DNA of 64,000 nucleotides from an uncultured Gammaproteobacteria bacterium (GTDB lineage Bacteria; Pseudomonadota; Gammaproteobacteria; JAURND01): NCBI GenBank assembly GCA_963777715.1, contig CAVZRN010000010.1, positions 86,211 to 150,210 of the forward strand, read 5' to 3'. Shown piece by piece: positions 57,501 to 64,000 of this stretch (position 1 is its first letter; each line of letters starts with the position of its first letter). The notes under the pieces were generated by a model. It saw only the letters and a program-made list of their open reading frames with translations, ran no database searches and was not told where the DNA came from. The position numbers and the translations under genes were made by a program.

Positions 57501-58904
57501 TTACGTCTCCAGGTTCTGCGTTTCTTTACGCCAGAGAGTGCCTGCGGCTGTGTCTTCTAATACCACGCCGATTTTTAGCAGTTGGTCGCGCACTTGATCT
57601 GCTTCCGCCCAAGCCTTTCTTTGCCGCGCATCATCGCGCGCTGCAATTAAGCGTTCGATTTCTGCTACTTCCGTATCAGCAGTTCCAGATTGTAAAAATT
57701 CTTCCGGCCTTTTTTGCAGAAAACCAAAAATACCGCACAATTGTTTTAACAAACCGCCCAGGTTTGCCGCAGCAACTATATTATCTTCATCCCGCAGGCG
57801 GTTGATTTCGCGTGCAATGTCAAATAATACTGACAATGCCAGTGGCGTATTAAAGTCATCATCCATCGCTGCATTAAATTTAGCTAAGAATTTTTCATCG
57901 GCTTTAAACCCCTCCTCGGGTTGTGGCAGCCCGCGTAATGCCGTATAAAGACGCGCCAAACCTGATTTGGCGCTGTCTAAATTTTCACTGCTGTAATTAA
58001 TCGGGCTGCGGTAATGACTGGCTAACATAAAATAGCGCACGGTTTCAGCATCGTATTGCGCCAATACCTCGCGAATGGTAGAAAAGTTTTTCAACGACTT
58101 GGACATTTTTTCCGAGTTCACTTGCACATAACCCATGTGCATCCAGGCATTGACGAAGGTGCAGCCGAAGGCGGCTTCCGATTGCGCCACTTCGTTTTGA
58201 TGATGTGGAAATACCAAGTCCAAACCACCGCCATGAATATCGATGGTCTTACCGAGGCAAGCAGCTGACATCGCGGAACATTCAATATGCCAGCCGGGAC
58301 GTCCCTTGCCCCACGGAGAATCCCACTGCGGCTCGCCAGGCTTGGCGGATTTCCATAAGGCAAAGTCCAGCGGGTCCTGTTTGTCTTCTAAAATATCCAC
58401 ACGCGCACCGCGACGCAGTTTACTTAGCGATTGATGCGACAACTTACCATAGTCGGCGAACTTGCTGACGGAATAAAATACATCGCCACTGGCGGTTACA
58501 TAGGCATAACCCTTGGCTACCAGGGTTTCAATCAATGCAATAATGTCAGGCACGTGTTGTGTGGCGCGCGGCTCAATATCAGGCGGCAATATCCCCAGTG
58601 CGCGTTCATCTTCATGCGTGGCGTCGATAAAACGCGAGGTCACGGCTTCAATTGACTCACCATTTTCGGCAGCGCGATTAATAATCTTGTCATCAATATC
58701 GGTAATGTTGCGTACATAGGTGACGTCATAACCGCGTGCGCGCAGATAGCGCACCACCATGTCATACACCACGAACAACCGGCCATGACCAATGTGGCAA
58801 TAATCGTAGACAGTCATACCGCATACGTATAGACGCACCTTGCCGGGTTCAATGGGGGTAAATGGCTGTTTCTGCTTGGTTGCGCTGTTGTGAATGTAAA
58901 GCAT
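57501..58904 (-). CDS. cysS: cysteine--tRNA ligase
   Basis: 467 aa. Contains the HIGH motif (CHIGHGR) and KMSKS (KMSKSLKN). Confidence 0.95.
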   Translation of the reverse strand: MLYIHNSATKQKQPFTPIEPGKVRLYVCGMTVYDYCHIGHGRLFVVYDMVVRYLRARGYDVTYVRNITDIDDKIINRAAENGESIEAVTSRFIDATHEDERALGILPPDIEPRATQHVPDIIALIETLVAKGYAYVTASGDVFYSVSKFADYGKLSHQSLSKLRRGARVDILEDKQDPLDFALWKSAKPGEPQWDSPWGKGRPGWHIECSAMSAACLGKTIDIHGGGLDLVFPHHQNEVAQSEAAFGCTFVNAWMHMGYVQVNSEKMSKSLKNFSTIREVLAQYDAETVRYFMLASHYRSPINYSSENLDSAKSGLARLYTALRGLPQPEEGFKADEKFLAKFNAAMDDDFNTPLALSVLFDIAREINRLRDEDNIVAAANLGGLLKQLCGIFGFLQKRPEEFLQSGTADTEVAEIERLIAARDDARQRKAWAEADQVRDQLLKIGVVLEDTAAGTLWRKETQNLET

Positions 58905-59042
58905 GTGATACCTCGATGATGAATAATTTGTATATACCTATTACACATGGGGACGTGAGATTGGCTTAACAAGCATGATTTTGTCGTCCCCGCCGCTCAT
59001 AGCTAAATAGTATCCGCCCCCGTCAATTTTTTCCATGATCTT

Positions 59043-59810
59043 TTAGTTTATCGATTGTGTGGGATTGGGATGATCGCCCTTGTTCCAACCGAAAAAGTTG
59101 TAAACGTACAATCGTGCAATTCCGATATATTCGTGAATGGCGAAATCGGTGATGGCAAAATTATACGCCAGGGGAAGCGCTGCGTGCAGTGGCGCTGTGT
59201 AATCAGCGGGCACAGGGATTGTACGAACGCCAACGTTGGCAAAATACAATACCGCACGTTTTAAATGGATGCCGGAAGTAACAAGAATAACCTGATCAAA
59301 ATGCTCTTTCTGCAGGAGGGCCTTAGTGAACTGCGCATTTTGATAGGTATTTTTACTGTTGGGTTCTATTTCGATGTTACTGCTGTTTACGCCAGTGTTT
59401 ATCAACGCCTCACGATAGACATCGGCTTCAGAACGCCCGGTCTTGGTGACGTCGCCTCCGCTGACGATGAGGATGCAGCTATGCTGTTTTGCACAGTCAA
59501 CATACAGCCGTGCTGCGGTATAAATCCGTGAATAAGAAAGGATGGTGGGAATGACTTCGTTTGCTACAGGAACTTTTATAGTGCCAGCGCCTAACAGAAC
59601 AATGGCGTTTTTCTGTTGCCATGTCGGTGAGGGTGAATTGAAGAAAGTGAGTTGTAACGGTTTTAGTAACAAGGACGCGATGACGCCATAACCAAGTGCT
59701 AAAAAACACAGAAAAGTAATTGACAACGTTATAATGCCTGCTTTTTTGTGTTTTAACAAAATAAGGCAAATGGTAATGCCTGTCAGAATGAGTATTAATG
59801 TGAGTGTCAT
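59043..59810 (-). CDS. DUF218/ElyC-family envelope biogenesis protein
   Basis: 255 aa. Has two N-terminal TM helices and a DUF218 core (AIVLLGAG, ILVTSGIHLKRA). Confidence 0.7.
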   Translation of the reverse strand: MTLTLILILTGITICLILLKHKKAGIITLSITFLCFLALGYGVIASLLLKPLQLTFFNSPSPTWQQKNAIVLLGAGTIKVPVANEVIPTILSYSRIYTAARLYVDCAKQHSCILIVSGGDVTKTGRSEADVYREALINTGVNSSNIEIEPNSKNTYQNAQFTKALLQKEHFDQVILVTSGIHLKRAVLYFANVGVRTIPVPADYTAPLHAALPLAYNFAITDFAIHEYIGIARLYVYNFFGWNKGDHPNPTQSIN

Positions 59811-59856
59811 AGGTCTCCCTTTTATGTAAACACGCTGATTAGTTCTCCTTACATAT

Positions 59857-61179
59857 TTAATTGCAGGTCAGGTCACTTAGTGCCTGTCGTAGGTCGTCTT
59901 GTGCCTTTTGTGGGTCACGTCGTAACTCTTGTACTACCTCCAATTTCATGATAGTGAGCCTTAATTTATCTCGGTTGTTGTTATTATCGCTATCGCCCGG
60001 TAGTTCTTTTAAAAAATCCTCTCGTAGCTTAGCGTACTTTGTATTTGCTGGGTAGAGAGTGTCTATTAATCTGAGCGCCCTCTCCAGCATTATTTTTTTA
60101 AGCCAATTGACTGTTTCGCTGGGAGGAGATGTTTCTGGTTTCGGTGATGAAAAAACTGAAGAAAATTGTGTCAGCGATGGGGCGATAGAAGGCAACAATT
60201 TTTCTTCTTTCTTCTTGGGTGATTGTTGTGCTTGCTCCTCATTGACGGCATTTTGCCACAATGTCTCCAGCCTTTCTGCTACCTCATCGATACTGGGACG
60301 GTTAGCAGGATTTTTTGCAAGACAATACTGAGTTAGCTTAATTAAATCCGTGGGAGTTCCTGGGGGGAAATGAAGTTGGCGCTTATCCTCATTTGGCGAT
60401 TTTTTATAAGAATCTTTATCATAAGCCCAATCCAAGAATTCTGAACCTTCATCTCTTATTTTGCGGCCGTGGATGACTTCCCAGCACGTTGCGCCAAAAC
60501 TATGGACGTCACTGGCAAAAGTAACAGTTTTGTCTGGTTTTAATAATTCTGGTGCAGCGTAACCGACCGTCCCCAACGGTGGGTCTTTGTCGGCTTGGTG
60601 AGGCGGCTTGGTGGTGCCAAAATCCCCCAGCAGGGCTCGCCCAGTATCATCGATGAAAATGTTTTCACTCTTTATATCGCCATGTATTAATCCATGGTAA
60701 CGTAAGGTGGCAATCCCCAGTGCGATATCAAGCAGTAGTCGATGGCGTTTTGACCAGGGGAATTTACCGATGTTTTTTAGCAGTCCGGACAGAGTTTGTT
60801 CGTATAACTCCATTATAATCCTGGGCGGCTCTAATGAGTACCCAAGTATTGGCGCCAGGTAATCGGAAGGCAGTCCATTGGTCACAGTTGCCTCATGTAT
60901 GAGTGCATTACGTTTTGAGTTGAGAGGAAAACATTTTACTGCTACTGGCTTGTCATTATAAATCCCACGCACTACACTCGTTTCCCCGTTCGAGCCACAA
61001 CCGAGTTTAATTTTCCCTCCATCTTCCATGCTTAATTTACTAAGGTCAAACTTCTGTTCATTATCGGCAGGGGTGGTTTTAACATCTTTGTCGATGGTTG
61101 GAGTTTGGATAACAGGTGGTGAGGTATTTGGTGAGACCAGTGTGTTTTGCGGTGATATTTTTTGTTTAACTTCTTCCAT
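59857..61179 (-). CDS. eukaryote-like Ser/Thr protein kinase (candidate effector)
   Basis: 440 aa. Hanks motifs occur in order: GCGSNGETS (Gly loop), VAVKCF (VAIK), HGLIHGDIKSENIF (catalytic loop), LGDFGT (DFG) and GTVGYAAPE (APE). A ~140-aa non-kinase C-terminal region follows. Confidence 0.85.
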   Translation of the reverse strand: MEEVKQKISPQNTLVSPNTSPPVIQTPTIDKDVKTTPADNEQKFDLSKLSMEDGGKIKLGCGSNGETSVVRGIYNDKPVAVKCFPLNSKRNALIHEATVTNGLPSDYLAPILGYSLEPPRIIMELYEQTLSGLLKNIGKFPWSKRHRLLLDIALGIATLRYHGLIHGDIKSENIFIDDTGRALLGDFGTTKPPHQADKDPPLGTVGYAAPELLKPDKTVTFASDVHSFGATCWEVIHGRKIRDEGSEFLDWAYDKDSYKKSPNEDKRQLHFPPGTPTDLIKLTQYCLAKNPANRPSIDEVAERLETLWQNAVNEEQAQQSPKKKEEKLLPSIAPSLTQFSSVFSSPKPETSPPSETVNWLKKIMLERALRLIDTLYPANTKYAKLREDFLKELPGDSDNNNNRDKLRLTIMKLEVVQELRRDPQKAQDDLRQALSDLTCN

Positions 61180-61341
61180 CGTCAGCTCTCGTTGTCAAAA
61201 ATAGGATTGTATACTGTTCCAGCTGCGTTAATAGCTGCAGCAACCATGCCAACATACTATCAATTTCTTGACAAATGTTCAATAAGTGCCATAAATATAA
61301 AAAATGACAAATTTGAGAACAATACAAAGTAGGAACAAAAA

Positions 61342-61965
61342 ATGTTTTACAACACCGAAGAAAATAACCACGGTCTCTCATTTAATCCTTTCAAATCTTG
61401 CGTTATCCCACGGCCAATCGGCTGGATAACCAGCTTAGATGCGCAAGGCAATGTGAATTTGGCGCCCTACAGCTATTTTAATGCCGTTGCAGATATGCCT
61501 CCCATGATTGTTTTCTCTACCACCAGCAAACACCATGACGGCGGGATAAAAGATACCTTACAAAACGTTGAGGAAAGAAGAGAATTCGTGGTGAATATCG
61601 CCACGTGGGATTTACGCAAGCAAGTAAATATTACCTCTGCTGAATTTGATCGCGGTATCAGTGAAGTAGCTATGGCAGGTTTAACCACGCTTCCTTCAAA
61701 GCTGGTCAAGCCGCCGCGCATTAAAGATGCCCCTATCCATTTAGAATGTGTACATTATCAATCGGTGCAGATGCCAGTGATTGATGACAAACATACCAAT
61801 CGATTAGTCATTGCCAGAGTTGTCGGAATTCACATCGACGATGCCATCATCACCGATGAAAGAATCGATGTTACTAAATTTAAGCCGATTGCTCGCTTAG
61901 GCTATATGGAATATTCATGCGTGGAAGAAAAATTTGTTATGGAGCGCCCGCATATAAATAATTGA
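61342..61965 (+). CDS. flavin reductase-like (FMN-binding split-barrel) protein
   Basis: 207 aa. Contains IPRPIGWITSLDAQGNVNLAPYSYFNAV. Confidence 0.8.
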   Translation: MFYNTEENNHGLSFNPFKSCVIPRPIGWITSLDAQGNVNLAPYSYFNAVADMPPMIVFSTTSKHHDGGIKDTLQNVEERREFVVNIATWDLRKQVNITSAEFDRGISEVAMAGLTTLPSKLVKPPRIKDAPIHLECVHYQSVQMPVIDDKHTNRLVIARVVGIHIDDAIITDERIDVTKFKPIARLGYMEYSCVEEKFVMERPHINN

Positions 61966-62095
61966 AAAAAGATTCTTGACTCCGAACCTGAGTAGTAATT
62001 TCTCAATTTGATTTGCTGCTGCAAAATTGAAACCGCCTTTAGCAATATTGATAGGTCGGTACGTTAGCGAATACGCGATTTTTGGCGCAAAACCG

Positions 62096-62168
62096 CTGGG
62101 AGCGCGGACGGCTCGTCCGCATCTTTGCCAATGGCTGAATTTTGCGGGCAAGCTGCCCGCGCTCCCAG
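62096..62168. repeat. family-D palindromic repeat
   Basis: ctgggagcgcggacggctcgtccgcat ... gcgggcaagctgcccgcgctcccag. The left arm is shared with 51684..51710. Confidence 0.75.
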
Positions 62169-62240
62169 GGGCTATGCTGTCATCCCGGAACTCAATGGGC
62201 ACTACCTTAAGGAATAGCACAAACTTACAATAGTGCTCCC

Positions 62241-62519
62241 ATTTTTTCCTTCTCCCCTTGTGGGAGAAGGTGGCCGCACCTATATTTATAGCTTAAAACA
62301 GTGCAAGAACGATAAAGTATCTTAGCTAAAAAAATTTGATTGAAACTGTGCGGACGGATGAGGGGTTAGTCATTCTTCTCTGCCAAACCCATCTACCCCC
62401 TCATCCGTCCGCACAGATTTATCCTAGTATATCAGCTTGTTTAGTTATATTGTCTATACTAGATTTGAAGCCAACATCCGGGTGCGGCCACCTTCTCCCA
62501 CAAGGGGAGAAGAAAAAAT
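62241..62519. repeat. family-E full-length MITE (~279 bp, ~39-bp terminal inverted repeats)
   Basis: The left TIR is attttttccttctccccttgtgggagaaggtggccgcacc. The right TIR is ggtgcggccaccttctcccacaaggggagaagaaaaaat. The internal inverted pair is ctgtgcggacggatgagggg / ccccctcatccgtccgcacag. The element is flanked by a further inverted repeat, ggcactaccttaag (62199) / cttaaggtagtgcc (62537). Confidence 0.88.
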
Positions 62520-62766
62520 GACACGTTGGTGCGTGCTTAAGGTAGTGCCATTGATCCAGGAATCCAGTAATTTAATACTCTATGCCTGATGGTAAACCCA
62601 GGTAGATTTAAGATACAATTTTTACAAGGTACTTTTAGCTCGATTCCTGATAGCACAAGACATTAAAGTAATTCGATCCTTGGTAGAATATCCATTAACT
62701 CAATAGAACCAAGTGTTGGGAGGAATGTAAAACCCTTTTCATTCAACTACTAAGAGGAAGAGTACT

Positions 62767-63867
62767 ATGAATTGCACGAAACCCCCTGAAATAAAATGTA
62801 CAAAGGCTAAAGACGCCAAAGCATTTCTAGAAATCTTATCTAAAAGGAATGAAAGGTGGTGTGAGAGAGACCCAAAGAAAAACTTCTGGATATACAGAGG
62901 CCAATGGGAGAAGAGTGGACAACGACCCCTAATACCGTGTGCTTTACGAAATCAGGCAGAGCCTCAGTCAGCCAGAGCAAGATTTTTTCAAGAAATTGAA
63001 GAGAATGGTTGGTCGTTAGAATCTGCTGCGCATAGTGTTGCTAAAAGATGTATGGGCATGCAATTGCCAATAGAAGGGTCAAAATTTTCAGATACTCATG
63101 CTCCAAGGTTGGAAGAAATAATTGTTAAATCTTTTATTGACTTTCAGCTGGTTGAAAAATTTATTCAAACTTGCAATAAATCAGCCCTTTATCTTGAGGA
63201 TACAAATATTACTGTGGAACATTTTCATTATGATGCGTTTTTTGCTACCATGACAGAAATTAAGGTAGAAAAAATGCAGATAATGATTGATCGTCACTCA
63301 GAGGCATGGATGAAACGTCTGGCTTCTAAAAATGAATCCAGTAGTATTAATTATGAGCCATTATTTAACTATACACATTACTATCCTTTAGCATTGGCGC
63401 AACACTCAGGTATCCCAACCAGATTGTTAGACTGGACATACAGCTCCTTTATAGCAGCTTTTTTTGCAGCAGATTCGACAAGAAAGTATAAAGCAGGCGA
63501 GATAGCAGTATACGCATTTAATACAAAAAATCAGTTCGATCATTTGTATTTAAAATCTCTTAGGCTTCACACTAACATTAAGCATAACCTGTTTGAATTC
63601 TTGCATGTTCAGAAAGGAATCTTCATTGAAATGCGAGGCGCAGATGTCTATTACTTAAGGTATGGAAAATGGCCTTCACTAGACGAGCATATATTGGAAT
63701 TTGACGACTATGCTAAATCGTCTGGGTCTCTATATAACTTACAAAAGATAACTCTCGATGCAAGTTTTGCGGATGATCTACTATATGAGTTAGACAAAGA
63801 AGATATATCGGGGGCAACGCTGATGCCTACTTATCAGCATTGTGCTCAGTATGTGATGAATAACTAA
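62767..63867 (+). CDS. FRG-domain protein
   Basis: 366 aa. Carries the FRG-domain hallmark LALAQHSGIPTRLLDWTYSSFIAAFFA. The gene is AT-rich (14/60 G+C in the line starting 63121). Confidence 0.7.
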   Translation: MNCTKPPEIKCTKAKDAKAFLEILSKRNERWCERDPKKNFWIYRGQWEKSGQRPLIPCALRNQAEPQSARARFFQEIEENGWSLESAAHSVAKRCMGMQLPIEGSKFSDTHAPRLEEIIVKSFIDFQLVEKFIQTCNKSALYLEDTNITVEHFHYDAFFATMTEIKVEKMQIMIDRHSEAWMKRLASKNESSSINYEPLFNYTHYYPLALAQHSGIPTRLLDWTYSSFIAAFFAADSTRKYKAGEIAVYAFNTKNQFDHLYLKSLRLHTNIKHNLFEFLHVQKGIFIEMRGADVYYLRYGKWPSLDEHILEFDDYAKSSGSLYNLQKITLDASFADDLLYELDKEDISGATLMPTYQHCAQYVMNN

Positions 63868-64000
63868 TATTTATCACCGAATGATTTTTTACTGTTAATT
63901 TTTTGCACGCCAGTATTGGACTCTCTATCCATTATGTTGTCAACATATCTAAAACATGATTTATGAACCAAATTACGATGGCCGATACAACAAACGTTCC

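Noticed and set aside
62336-62521. A 61-aa ORF inside the family-E element, considered as a possible MITE-encoded peptide or transposase remnant.
   Set aside because: It spans the palindromic interior and right TIR. It is too short for a transposase, and the other family-E copies do not preserve the frame.

Overview
This 64-kb chromosomal window comes from a gamma-proteobacterium that I infer to be a member of the Legionellales, an intracellular Coxiella/Legionella-like lineage. The grounds are the Dot/Icm type IVB genes icmW and a probable icmX, a Legionella-type major outer-membrane porin, a eukaryote-like Ser/Thr kinase and an ORF ending in a CaaX box. The housekeeping backbone is acnA (broken by two frameshifts), purEK, epmC-mutY-yggX, pyrD, ivd-thiolase, an orphan recF, zapA-6S RNA-ygfA, rnpB, coq7 and rnr-aspS-epmA-cysS. 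The accessory content falls into four groups. (1) A ~13-kb island (about 4.4-17.3 kb) carries a VirB2-VirB11 type IVA secretion operon, a LuxR-type regulator and toxin-antitoxin modules, with no VirB1, VirD4 or relaxase in the window. (2) A six-gene, compositionally mosaic putative small-molecule biosynthesis locus lies at 25.5-32.8 kb: HpaB-like monooxygenase, M24 hydrolase, SbnA-like PLP enzyme, AsnB-like amidotransferase, MFS exporter and a ParB/Srx-fold protein. (3) Candidate translocated effectors include a 175-aa CaaX-tailed ORF inserted at the mutY 3' end with an 83-bp target duplication, a 440-aa Ser/Thr kinase, and a 1533-aa protein with a central hydrophobic hairpin. (4) At least five families of short palindromic dispersed repeats or MITEs are present; some are nested and one sits inside the virB operon. 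I recognised no rRNA, tRNA, CRISPR array, transposase or integrase. All calls rest on reading the ORF translations and the nucleotide sequence by eye. No database search was run.
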